Part shown: piece after piece, positions 1 through 8,477 of the stretch
Position numbering within the stretch: position 1 is the stretch's first letter
Layout of the letters: each line of letters begins with the position of its first letter
NCBI GenBank assembly: GCA_001563875.1
Contig: LKMN01000006.1
Span: 1-38,548, forward strand
Reading direction: 5' to 3'
Length of the DNA: 38,548 bases
Source: Nanohaloarchaea archaeon B1-Br10_U2g1
Lineage (GTDB): Archaea; Nanohalarchaeota; Nanosalinia; Nanosalinales; Nanosalinaceae
The notes under the pieces: generated by a model
The model's input: only the letters and a program-made list of their open reading frames with translations
Databases searched by the model: none
What the model was told of the DNA's origin: nothing
Translations under genes and position numbers: made by a program

Positions 1-148
1 CTGTGAGATAAGAGTCTCTGTCTGACTGCCATATGCCTAGTCCTAAAGCACCTAAACCTCCTGCGACAGCTGCTCCTCCGAGCAGATTTCGTCTTGAAAC
101 TTTATCGGCGTTTTCGTTTATTTCGTTCTTGTCTGTATTGTCTGACAT
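1..148 (-). CDS. Partial (runs off window) protein with twin-arginine-like N-terminal signal/anchor
   Basis: Not in the ORF track. ATG at 148 with GGTGA SD at 160-156, overlapping the upstream gene's TGA. Translates MSDNTDKNEINENADKVSRRNLLGGAAVAGGLGALGLGIWQSDRDSYLT... Confidence 0.8.
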   Translation of the reverse strand, partial: MSDNTDKNEINENADKVSRRNLLGGAAVAGGLGALGLGIWQSDRDSYLT

Positions 149-155
149 TTTTTGT

Positions 156-797
156 TCACCCTTCGTAGTCTTCACTGATTTCTTCGGCTATTCCGAGAGC
201 CTGAGAGTACGTTACAGAATCTAGATCCGAGTATTCTCGTTGGTTGATGCTGTTAGCGTTTAAATGTATGGTGTTGTCAAGAATGGTGTCGCTAAATCCT
301 AGCTGGTAGTCTCTGTCTTCGTTTTCTATTTCCTCTTCTAGGTCAACACCTAGGGATTCAAGGTTTTCGTCTTGAGACATGCTGTATGCGCCAGCTATCT
401 CGTTGATTGCTTCGTTATCGTTCACAGCGAAATCATAATCGTCATTTGCTAGAGCTCTATAGCCTCCGATTGCACCTAGACCTGCGAGTATCGCTCCTCC
501 GCCTGCTATTATTTTCAGAGCTCTTCTTCTGCTTGTATCTTTGTCGAGTTCTCCGAAGTCTTCATCTTCGCTTGTGGAGCGGGAGAATCTTTCTTTTAAG
601 CCTCCGGTCGCGTTTCTGAAGCGAGCTCCAACGGAAGTCTGGTCTCTGTGGGTTTCGTCGGTAAGAGGCTCTTCATCTCTTACTTTTCTGCTTTGCTCGT
701 TTACAGACTCTTCTAGATTATCTGCAACGTGTTCTAGTTCGTTTAAGGACTCTTCAAGATGTAATTTGTCATCATCCGAGTCGTCTGAGTAGCCCAT
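156..797 (-). CDS. Acidic hypothetical protein with one internal hydrophobic segment preceded by SRRRALK
   Basis: 213-aa ORF, AGGTGA SD upstream, acidic composition typical of real genes here, single Gly-rich hydrophobic stretch. Confidence 0.8.
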   Translation of the reverse strand: MGYSDDSDDDKLHLEESLNELEHVADNLEESVNEQSRKVRDEEPLTDETHRDQTSVGARFRNATGGLKERFSRSTSEDEDFGELDKDTSRRRALKIIAGGGAILAGLGAIGGYRALANDDYDFAVNDNEAINEIAGAYSMSQDENLESLGVDLEEEIENEDRDYQLGFSDTILDNTIHLNANSINQREYSDLDSVTYSQALGIAEEISEDYEG

Positions 798-862
798 TGT
801 TAAATTTCACCTATAGTATATATGGATGTTAAATCTGTTTTTTGAGGTCTTATTCATTTCTA

Positions 863-1516
863 TCACATTCTGCGCGTGTTTTCTTCTATTTCTGAGTTAA
901 CTGAGTTGAGTCGACTTGTTATGTTGTTTATCTTCTCTATATCCTCTTCAGTTGCCTCTGTTTTAAGCGGTTTGTTCCGGTCTGTACCATATGCAGAATC
1001 ACCGGGTTCGGATAACGCTCCATCCGCAATCTTGCCGTACTCCTCTTTCAGTGTTTCAACATCGTTTTCAGCGCTGTCTCCGGCTGTATAGATGTCCGAT
1101 ACAAACATCTCTAGCTCTGAAACTAGCTTGCCGTCTTTCTCTTCCACGGGTGTTGCTTTCGATAGCACTGCCTCGTCGTCGAACTCTCCGTCAGAGTAAA
1201 CTTCTCCGATTATCTCGGCGTATACCTCAGAGTGGTGTTCAAAGGCGGAGTCAAGTCCTTCCAGAAAGTCTCCGTATTCCTCCTCTGATTCTCGGAGCGG
1301 CTCCGATCTCTCTTTAAGATAGTCTAGCCACTCTATCTGTTTTGTTAAGTGTGTTTGAGCGTTTACTGCGAACTTTTCGTACATGTTGAAGAAGCTTACT
1401 CCGTCCACTTTGTCGTCGAAGGGAACCTCTTCTTCAAGTTCGTCCTCAACATATTCTGAGAACTCTCTGAATGCTTCTCTTGGACCGTAGTCTCCATTTT
1501 CTGTAACCATTTTCAT
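863..1516 (-). CDS. Acidic helical hypothetical protein
   Basis: 217-aa ORF, AAGGTG SD (second ATG at 1510 has better spacing), no recognisable motif. Confidence 0.75.
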   Translation of the reverse strand: MKMVTENGDYGPREAFREFSEYVEDELEEEVPFDDKVDGVSFFNMYEKFAVNAQTHLTKQIEWLDYLKERSEPLRESEEEYGDFLEGLDSAFEHHSEVYAEIIGEVYSDGEFDDEAVLSKATPVEEKDGKLVSELEMFVSDIYTAGDSAENDVETLKEEYGKIADGALSEPGDSAYGTDRNKPLKTEATEEDIEKINNITSRLNSVNSEIEENTRRM

Positions 1517-1716
1517 TACACCTTGCGATTATCTTAGACTGGGATTTGATGAGTTTGCTTTTAAAGATTTATTTTCTATACAGTATTTCAATTATAAGAC
1601 TTGGAGAACATGGTAAAAATTTAGATAGTTACTTATAGAACGCTGTAATGTTGTAAAACTGTATAATCTACTTTAATTACCAAGACAACTTTATGAAAGA
1701 CTAAGGTGAACTTTAG
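1517..1716. promoter_or_regulatory. AT-rich divergent promoter region
   Basis: 200-bp non-coding gap between divergent genes with TTTAAA/TTATA/TTTAAT boxes and SD motifs at both ends. Confidence 0.5.
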
Positions 1717-3120
1717 ATGATTGACAGGGCAGATGACCCGGACAACACACGGAAAGAAGATAGATCAGTATTCCAAAGAAACGCTGAAAGACTTAGAGCG
1801 GACGGAGGAACAATGGATGAGGGAACAGAAGACCTACCTCAGAAGACAAAAGGTGTAGAAACCACTCATGAAGAAGTAAGCTCTCAAAATGGAGAGTCAA
1901 CCCAGCAAGGGAACGGAAACAGTTCCGGAATAGTTGAGAAAGCGGAGAGAAGTGTCAAAGAGCTTATAGGCTCTAACAGACCGACAAGCATGTTCGGTAA
2001 ACAGACACCTACAGAAGAATCCAGAGAATCACATAAAGAAAGCTATGAATCAGGTCTAGATTTAGACCTGCAGGAAGCAAGTAAAGCAGTAGACAACGTA
2101 GGAGCAGATGTCCAAGACTGGAACAAAGACAGACAGGAACTCGAACTCACAATGCAGAAAGCAAGAATGGAGTTCGAAAGCAAACTCGGAGAGAGAACCA
2201 AAGCATTAGGTAAAGAGATAGGAAAAGTTCAGAGATGGGCGGAGTCGCCTCTAGACCAAGACCTCGCTTATGAAGCAGATCCTAACAGAGGTTCTTTCAG
2301 TTTCGGAGAGTATGAAGATCTTGGACTTTCAGAGTTTGTAGACGTTCTTTCAAACGAAGCAGAAGAAGCAGACCAGCTCTACACACACAGACAGGAACAG
2401 ATCGCTGAACTAGGAAAAGAGCTAGACCAAATGAAAAAGAACGATGTAGGAATCGAAGACTCTGAAGAGCTTGCAGCAAACAAAGGTATAGGAACTGACT
2501 CAAAAGAGATCTCAGACTACGAGAGAAGAGCAGTAAAGAGCAGAAGAAAAGAAGTATCTGACGAAATCGAGATGCACAGAAACAAGAAAGATGAGCACGA
2601 ACAGGACTTCGTTTCATACACAACTGAAGCAGAATCTGTCTACAGAGACCATGCTGCTGAAGTAGGTGACTACATTGCCGATGCTGCAGGAGCACTACAG
2701 GAGACAACAGAAATGCTTGAAGACTTCTCAGAGGTCGAAATACCTGTGATGGAGGATGAAATAGCAGATATAGCGCCTGAAGAAGTATCCGGCAAACTGC
2801 TTGATGATGGAGAACAAGAAGTAAGAGAAGAGTACAGAGACGCAGTCAACGCTTTAGGAGTCAAGGCCGCTCAACAGTACAAACAGGTTGAAAACGCATT
2901 GAACGAGCTTGAAGAAATTGAGGCAGGTATGGAAGATGACTACTTTGGAGATGTCAAGAGAAGCGACAAACTAAGAAGTAAGGTGGATGAAGTCTCAGGC
3001 AACGGAGATGCTTACGAACAACACTTGACAGAAACAGTGAATGAAGCTTTAGGAGATGAGTACGCGGCAAGTGACACAATTAGAAACGTATTCCGAGGTA
3101 TTGAGCCTGAAATAGAATAA
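1717..3120 (+). CDS. Acidic alpha-helical/coiled-coil hypothetical protein, paralogue of 28893..30134
   Basis: 467-aa ORF, AAGGTGA SD, colinear motif matches to the 28893..30134 product. Confidence 0.85.
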   Translation: MIDRADDPDNTRKEDRSVFQRNAERLRADGGTMDEGTEDLPQKTKGVETTHEEVSSQNGESTQQGNGNSSGIVEKAERSVKELIGSNRPTSMFGKQTPTEESRESHKESYESGLDLDLQEASKAVDNVGADVQDWNKDRQELELTMQKARMEFESKLGERTKALGKEIGKVQRWAESPLDQDLAYEADPNRGSFSFGEYEDLGLSEFVDVLSNEAEEADQLYTHRQEQIAELGKELDQMKKNDVGIEDSEELAANKGIGTDSKEISDYERRAVKSRRKEVSDEIEMHRNKKDEHEQDFVSYTTEAESVYRDHAAEVGDYIADAAGALQETTEMLEDFSEVEIPVMEDEIADIAPEEVSGKLLDDGEQEVREEYRDAVNALGVKAAQQYKQVENALNELEEIEAGMEDDYFGDVKRSDKLRSKVDEVSGNGDAYEQHLTETVNEALGDEYAASDTIRNVFRGIEPEIE

Positions 3121-3146
3121 GGGTTCCTCAATAATCTTCTTTTCTT

Positions 3147-4178
3147 TTATTTTAATCTTATATCTAGACAGACACGGTCGATATATGCAGCTCTCTCGCC
3201 ACATACAGTTCTTTCAACAATTTGGTGCTCTCTATCGGCGGCTTCGCTCGCTTTCTCTATCTCGTCTTCAATTATGCTCCAGTTCCTTTCTTCCAAGAAA
3301 CGATAATAGTGAACAATACCGCCTTTTTTTGTATGCTTGAACGCGAGATCAACGTAATCTTGTGAGGAGCCAGGCAGAGGCATTATTATCCGGTCAAAAG
3401 TGTTGAGATTAGGTAAAATATCTTTGACGTCGCCTTCAACTACTTCGACAGTGTCTTCAACGTTGTTTAGACTAATATTTTCCTCCTGGAATCTTACGGC
3501 TTCTGGATTTTTCTCAACTGACACGACCTTATTAGGATTTGATAGTCTGGCTGCCATGATGCTGAAAGGTCCTACTCCTGAAAACATTACAAGGACCTTT
3601 TCGCCATCATTTATCTGGTCGATAACTCTTTTTCTTTCTGTACTGAAACGTTCTGAAAAGTATGTCTTGGTAGGGTCTACTCTATAACGACAGTCGAACT
3701 CGGTGTGAGTGGTTTCTGTCTTTTCGCCGTATAGTTTTTCGTACTCTCCGACTCTGAACTCTCCTTTCAATCCTTCCTTCTTGAGCATAATGGTCTCCAC
3801 ATGAGGATTGTGGTGTAGTATACCTTCCACTGCTTCAGAACTCTTTACGTTGTTGAGATCGTTTATAACAGCTATATCTCCAATCAGTTCGTAAGAAGGC
3901 GTTTTAAACTCTTTCTGTTTTTCATCCTCTTTAATAACTGATATATCGTTCTCTAATTCTTCTTTAATATCGTGGAGTTCTTCATCAACGAAAATTTTCT
4001 CATCAGTCTCTACCTGACCTTTTATCTGTTCTTTAGAGTATTTTTCGGATGAAAAAACCTTTAAAACAAGGTCTGTGGTATCTTTCCCGGCTTTAAACGT
4101 GTTTTCGTCTTTATCTAGTTCAAAGCCTTGTTTACAGAAAAGTTCTTCAACACGGTTCTCAAGTTTCTCCTGTCTCAT
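3147..4178 (-). CDS. trm5: Trm5/Met-10+ family SAM-dependent tRNA (guanine-37-N1) methyltransferase
   Basis: YELIGDIAVI, GEFR, DPTKTYFSERFSTER, SAM motif MFSGVGPF, EKNPEA, DRIIMPLP, GGIVHYY. Distinction from Taw2-type paralogues was not tested. Confidence 0.85.
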   Translation of the reverse strand: MRQEKLENRVEELFCKQGFELDKDENTFKAGKDTTDLVLKVFSSEKYSKEQIKGQVETDEKIFVDEELHDIKEELENDISVIKEDEKQKEFKTPSYELIGDIAVINDLNNVKSSEAVEGILHHNPHVETIMLKKEGLKGEFRVGEYEKLYGEKTETTHTEFDCRYRVDPTKTYFSERFSTERKRVIDQINDGEKVLVMFSGVGPFSIMAARLSNPNKVVSVEKNPEAVRFQEENISLNNVEDTVEVVEGDVKDILPNLNTFDRIIMPLPGSSQDYVDLAFKHTKKGGIVHYYRFLEERNWSIIEDEIEKASEAADREHQIVERTVCGERAAYIDRVCLDIRLK

Positions 4179-4223
4179 AAGGGTTTAGTTAAAGAGTTTT
4201 TACCTGAAAAATACTTTAACAGT

Positions 4224-4928
4224 ATGTTATACTTGATAGGTCTAGGACTAGACAATAATGAAATCACTGTTAAAGGTTTAGAAGCGGTCAAATCCGCTGA
4301 AAAAGTGTATGCAGAGTTCTATACTAATACGGAGAATATAGATCTTGGAAAAATTGAGGAAAAGACAGGGAAAGAGATAGATGTACTCGGCCGTGAGGAT
4401 GTAGAACAAGAAGACCTTGTTCTCGAATCAGCGGAAAAGAGAGACACAGCGTTCCTAGTATCGGGAGACCCGCTTACAGCAACAACTCATTACGGCATAA
4501 AACACCGTGCCGAGGAGAAAGATATAGAAACAGAAGTGGTTCATGCGCCCTCAATCTTTACAGCTATAGCTGAAACCGGTTTAAACGTATACAAGTTTGG
4601 AAGAACAGTTACTCTCCCTAAAAATGCGTCTCCAAGCTCTATCACCGAATATATAGAGAAAAATAACTCTATAGGATTGCATACTTTGATACTTCTGGAT
4701 ATAGACTTTCCGGCCTCAGAAGCTGCGGAAAAACTTAAAGAAATGGATTCAGAACTTACAGAAAGACGGGCCATAGTGCTTGAAAGAGCTAATAGAGAGA
4801 ACCAGAAAGTAACTAAAGGAAAGCTAGGAATGTTATCAGAGAAGGACTTTGGTGAAACACCTCACTCAATAATCATTGTAGGAGAAACCTCTCATATGGA
4901 AGAAGAGTTCTTGGATAGCCATGAATAA
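4224..4928 (+). CDS. dph5: Diphthine synthase (diphthamide biosynthesis methyltransferase)
   Basis: MLYLIGLGL start (ATG 4224 preferred over the track's TTG 4128), EFYT, GDPLTATTH, YKFGRTVT, GLHTLILLD. Confidence 0.95.
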   Translation: MLYLIGLGLDNNEITVKGLEAVKSAEKVYAEFYTNTENIDLGKIEEKTGKEIDVLGREDVEQEDLVLESAEKRDTAFLVSGDPLTATTHYGIKHRAEEKDIETEVVHAPSIFTAIAETGLNVYKFGRTVTLPKNASPSSITEYIEKNNSIGLHTLILLDIDFPASEAAEKLKEMDSELTERRAIVLERANRENQKVTKGKLGMLSEKDFGETPHSIIIVGETSHMEEEFLDSHE

Positions 4929-5157
4929 GACACAGGAACAACTGGAGCAAGAGACCAAGAAGTGGCTGGACAGACTTGAAGAAAGAATAGAGAGAAGAGA
5001 CAGCTCTGTTGAACAGATGGAAAACGTTCTGGCTTATCGGGATGATACATACCATTTTTTAGACGAAAAAGACTTTATCCGGGCCTGGGAAGCCGTAATA
5101 TATGCTTGGGGTATATTAGAAACCTTGGAGAGACTGGGAAAGTTTGAGACCGAATAG
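4921..5157 (+). CDS. DUF357 family protein
   Basis: AYRDDTYHF...AWEAVIYAWGILETLERLG pattern, overlaps dph5 as is common in archaea. Confidence 0.85.
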   Translation: MNKTQEQLEQETKKWLDRLEERIERRDSSVEQMENVLAYRDDTYHFLDEKDFIRAWEAVIYAWGILETLERLGKFETE

Positions 5158-5188
5158 ATAAAAGGAAGAACAGTACAAGATTTTCTTT

Positions 5189-5470
5189 ATGGGCTGGACA
5201 GATGATCCATGGAAGTATCCTGCCTTCACAGTTGCAGGTATAGCAGCTTTCGTTACAGCAGATATTACTGGTCCAATTATATCAACCAATGTAGGACTTG
5301 AAGACTGGATTGGAGAGTATATAGCTGCAGGTTTGGCAGGAATCCTTTTCGGCTTCGTGATTGATGACATGGTCCCGGCATACATAGCACAGAAGAAAGG
5401 AGGCTCCTCCGACTTTGGAGGAGGCGGAGATGACTTTGGAGGAGGCGGAGATGAGTTCGACTTCGAGTAG
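5189..5470 (+). CDS. Small two-TM membrane protein with Gly/Asp/Phe-rich tail
   Basis: 93-aa ORF, two hydrophobic segments, C-terminus GGSSDFGGGGDDFGGGGDEFDFE. Confidence 0.8.
   Translation: MGWTDDPWKYPAFTVAGIAAFVTADITGPIISTNVGLEDWIGEYIAAGLAGILFGFVIDDMVPAYIAQKKGGSSDFGGGGDDFGGGGDEFDFE
5411..5452 (+). repeat. Perfect 21-bp tandem repeat x2 (GACTTTGGAGGAGGCGGAGAT)
   Basis: Read directly at 5411-5431 and 5432-5452; encodes DFGGGGD twice. Confidence 0.95.
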
Positions 5471-5900
5471 GATAGCTCTACTAATGATTTTTACTCTGTT
5501 AGTATCTGGATTAGCGGTCTCCCATAACCATCATACTAGCTCTGTATATGATCAAACAAGTTTCGAACTACCTCAGTACGATACACATGAGGAGGTTCTT
5601 ATAGAGTTTGTTGCTCCTTTTTTGTTTGTATCTATCCTTCTTACTCTGTCTTACGGCAAAGTTCTGCATGCTATCTTTAAAGATAAAGATGAAACTCCTT
5701 ACGCCAGTCCTTACTGGGTTGAAGAGGAGGAAAAGCCGAATGTTAAACGTTATGCTGTTCTACTAGGCTTTTTGACCACGGCGGTAATAGTTCCTACGGA
5801 GTTCTGGGGATGGATTCAGCTAGCTATAAGTTCCATAGGGGTAATAGTTACGGCAGCCTTTGCGCTATTAGTGGTCTACATTATATATTTGATGAGGTAG
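5451..5900 (+). CDS. Membrane protein with signal peptide and about 3 TM segments (member of local paralogous family)
   Basis: ATG 5451 behind GGAGG, signal-like RIALLMIFTLLVSGLAVS, then FVAPFLFVSILL...GKVLH and KRYAVLL hairpin. Confidence 0.8.
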   Translation: MSSTSSRIALLMIFTLLVSGLAVSHNHHTSSVYDQTSFELPQYDTHEEVLIEFVAPFLFVSILLTLSYGKVLHAIFKDKDETPYASPYWVEEEEKPNVKRYAVLLGFLTTAVIVPTEFWGWIQLAISSIGVIVTAAFALLVVYIIYLMR

Positions 5901-5913
5901 CTGTGATAAATTC

Positions 5914-5920
5914 TTATAAA
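5914..5920 (+). promoter_or_regulatory. TATA box of probable leaderless transcript for 5944..7689
   Basis: TTATAAA about 24 nt before ATG 5944, no SD. Confidence 0.5.
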
Positions 5921-5943
5921 ATAAAAAGCATTAATACTGTCCT

Positions 5944-7689
5944 ATGGAATCCGAACTAAGACGTAAGTTTATCTTTTTGAGTTTAACAGTTATTTTCGTA
6001 TCCGGTTTCGTGGCAGCACAGACTCCGGGAGGAGGTGTAGGAGGAGCACCGAGCGTAACAGGTTTCTTAGATGATATAGCTATGGGTGTCAACGATGCCA
6101 TAAGCTGGGATACAGGCAACACCTGGGAAGCAATGCTGTTAAACGTTATATTGCCGGCATTAGGTATTTATGCTGCAGCAAGGTTTGTTATAGGTAAAGG
6201 ATTCCACTATGCTGAAGCAAACTTCCAAGAAAGAACAAGTCTAGGATCAAGCGAACTTGGAGATACTGCCGAATGGTCTGCAAGAATACTTTCTGCCATA
6301 ACAGCTATCTGGGCGGTAGTTGCCTGGGGAGCTTTCATTGCAGTATACTGGTACATAGCGGGACTGCTGTTCCTAATCTTTCTGTTGTGGATACTGATAA
6401 CCGGAGGAATAGGTGTTATGTCTCCGTTCCCCGAACTATCTCTGGGGATTGGACGTTCCGGAGGAAGTAACGGAGACAATATGGCTCCGGAAGTCGAGAA
6501 AGAAATCAGAGAGATAGCGGATGAAAATCAAAGACTCAGAGACGAACTTAACCAAGTTAGAGAGCAGGAAAAAACCGATGAAGAACGTATAAACAGCGGA
6601 GATGAAGGACCGGAAGAAGCCGAGTCTCATATACGTACAGAGCTAAAAGAACTCTCACAGATAGAAAAACAGATATCAGAAGTTGAGAAAGAAGTAGAGA
6701 CTATTGAGGCGCAGATAAAAAGCCAAGAACAAGAGACGGAGCAAGAAGAACAGCACGAGCAACAGCTTCTACAAAAACTCGAAGCTCAACAAAAGAAGTT
6801 CAAAGAGACACTCCAACAGATAGAAGCTTATGAAGAGAAGACTATTGAAAACCAGAACGGCATAGACCAAATGCTGAACAGTTTGAAGCAGTCCAATCAA
6901 GTCAACAAAGACGCTATCCAAGAAGATTTAGCTTACAATCTTGACAATCTGGTCCAGATTGACAATATGCTTGAAAGCTTGAGTGAAATGGAGCAACAAG
7001 AATTTCAAGAGCTGAAAACGGCTTTAGAAGAGGAAAAAGAGGTTCTGTCTAATTTAGAGGCTCAAAAACAGGAAATTTTGGCTTTAGAAGACCAAGTCAA
7101 ACAGTTATTTAAGGAGATAGATATTTTGGAAAGCTGTTTCGAGGCAGAAGAAGATATAATAAGCCAGGCTGAAAGGCTTGCTCAGCAAGTGAAGGACAGA
7201 GAAGACTACCAGAAACTAGAGGAAGATGAGAAGATAATAGAAGACTTAGAGAGCAAATTCAACAGTATTTTAAATGAAGAAAACAAGATTAGAGAAAGAA
7301 TAGAAGAGCTTAAGGAGATAGAGGAGTACGAGAGAAATCAACATCAGCAGATAATTAATGAGCTTCAAGAGCTGGAAAAAAGCTTCGAAAAAACCCGTCA
7401 AATGCTTATCCAAATTGACGAGCTTATTACAGAGTTCCAAGAGGAAGTAAACAGAGAGATTAATGGAGCTAACTTCGAAACTCAGGCAGAATCTGTTTAC
7501 CACAACAAAGCTAACCGGAGAGGCGAGAACGATTTCCAGTTGATACAGCAAAAATTCCAAGACTCTGTAATGCTTTCCAACCAAATAAAGGCGGAGTTGG
7601 AGGGTGATGGAGGACAGGGAATGATTTCTCTAATACAAGATATGGAGACGTATCTTGGTAATTATCTTAAGGAGATAGGATCAAAATAG
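5944..7689 (+). CDS. Membrane-anchored long coiled-coil protein (signal peptide + about 3 TM + about 390-aa Q/E-rich coiled coil)
   Basis: 581-aa ORF, RRKFIFLSLTVIFVSGFVAA-Q signal, VILPALGIY...GKGFH TM, heptad-rich C-terminal two thirds. Confidence 0.9.
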   Translation: MESELRRKFIFLSLTVIFVSGFVAAQTPGGGVGGAPSVTGFLDDIAMGVNDAISWDTGNTWEAMLLNVILPALGIYAAARFVIGKGFHYAEANFQERTSLGSSELGDTAEWSARILSAITAIWAVVAWGAFIAVYWYIAGLLFLIFLLWILITGGIGVMSPFPELSLGIGRSGGSNGDNMAPEVEKEIREIADENQRLRDELNQVREQEKTDEERINSGDEGPEEAESHIRTELKELSQIEKQISEVEKEVETIEAQIKSQEQETEQEEQHEQQLLQKLEAQQKKFKETLQQIEAYEEKTIENQNGIDQMLNSLKQSNQVNKDAIQEDLAYNLDNLVQIDNMLESLSEMEQQEFQELKTALEEEKEVLSNLEAQKQEILALEDQVKQLFKEIDILESCFEAEEDIISQAERLAQQVKDREDYQKLEEDEKIIEDLESKFNSILNEENKIRERIEELKEIEEYERNQHQQIINELQELEKSFEKTRQMLIQIDELITEFQEEVNREINGANFETQAESVYHNKANRRGENDFQLIQQKFQDSVMLSNQIKAELEGDGGQGMISLIQDMETYLGNYLKEIGSK

Positions 7690-7702
7690 AAAAGGAGAAG
7701 AA

Positions 7703-8176
7703 TTAACTAAGGAAGCTTCTTACTTGTCCCCATACTGAGTCGGATCTGCTGAAAGTCTCTTCTAAGGAAGAGGATGTTTTACTGTTCAAAGATGCTCTCC
7801 TTGATTCTGCTGTTCCTTTTGGTGTGTTATCGTCGATTATATCGATGCCAAGTTTTTTGGCTGTTTCTTTGACTCCTCCTATCTTGTAGCCGTTACATTT
7901 GACTGCGGTGGTTGCTCTGGAGGCTGCATCATAGGCTTCAGACACGGTCTCTTCGTAGATGCTTGGTTCTTCTGAAGTTTCTATCTTGTCTACTCCCAGT
8001 CTTTCTGTCACTTCGTCTAGAGTTGTTTCATAGGACTTTCTGTCGGTAACTGCGGTGCCTGTTTCATCGTATACTTCTGATGCGTCGAAGTCCTCTACGG
8101 TTTCGTACTCTCTTTGAGCTTCGGGTTTTATGGTTCCGGCGTCTTCTCTTCCAGCGTGGTTGTATTCGATTATCAT
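7703..8176 (-). CDS. Hypothetical protein
   Basis: 157-aa acidic ORF filling the gap, TTTATAAA box at about 8205-8212. Confidence 0.75.
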   Translation of the reverse strand: MIIEYNHAGREDAGTIKPEAQREYETVEDFDASEVYDETGTAVTDRKSYETTLDEVTERLGVDKIETSEEPSIYEETVSEAYDAASRATTAVKCNGYKIGGVKETAKKLGIDIIDDNTPKGTAESRRASLNSKTSSSLEETFSRSDSVWGQVRSFLS

Positions 8177-8327
8177 TGTTATGTGTAAGTAGTAACACTC
8201 TATATTTATAAATCTTACCTGTGTCTCTGGCTTGAAACAACCGAAAATATACCTTCTACGCAGTTATAACTCCCAATTATTTAAACCAAAAACATGTTAT
8301 TAGGTAGTATAGAGGTATGCCAAAAAG

Positions 8328-8465
8328 ATGATTGAAAGCTTAATCCAAGCTATTATAGACAATCCTGACGTTGCAGGTCTAGCACTGTTAATAGGTTTCT
8401 TTGCAGGTTCTATGTACCAAAAACGTAAGATGAGAAAAAGAGGAATGGGAGGAATGGGCTTCTGA
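8328..8465 (+). CDS. 45-aa single-TM microprotein with basic, Gly/Met-rich tail
   Basis: Not in the ORF track. MIESLIQAIIDNPDVAGLALLIGFFAGSMYQKRKMRKRGMGGMGF; GAGGT upstream; stop abuts the SD of the next gene. Confidence 0.75.
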   Translation: MIESLIQAIIDNPDVAGLALLIGFFAGSMYQKRKMRKRGMGGMGF

Positions 8466-8477
8466 AGGTGTTAAAAA

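Noticed and set aside
4128-4223. N-terminal extension of Dph5 given by the ORF track
   Set aside because: It overlaps the divergent trm5 start; the family begins at MLYLIGLG (ATG 4224).
8317-8331. Tiny ORF ATG CCA AAA AGA TGA overlapping the 8328 start
   Set aside because: Four codons only, with SD spacing that fits ATG 8328 better; cannot be supported as a uORF.
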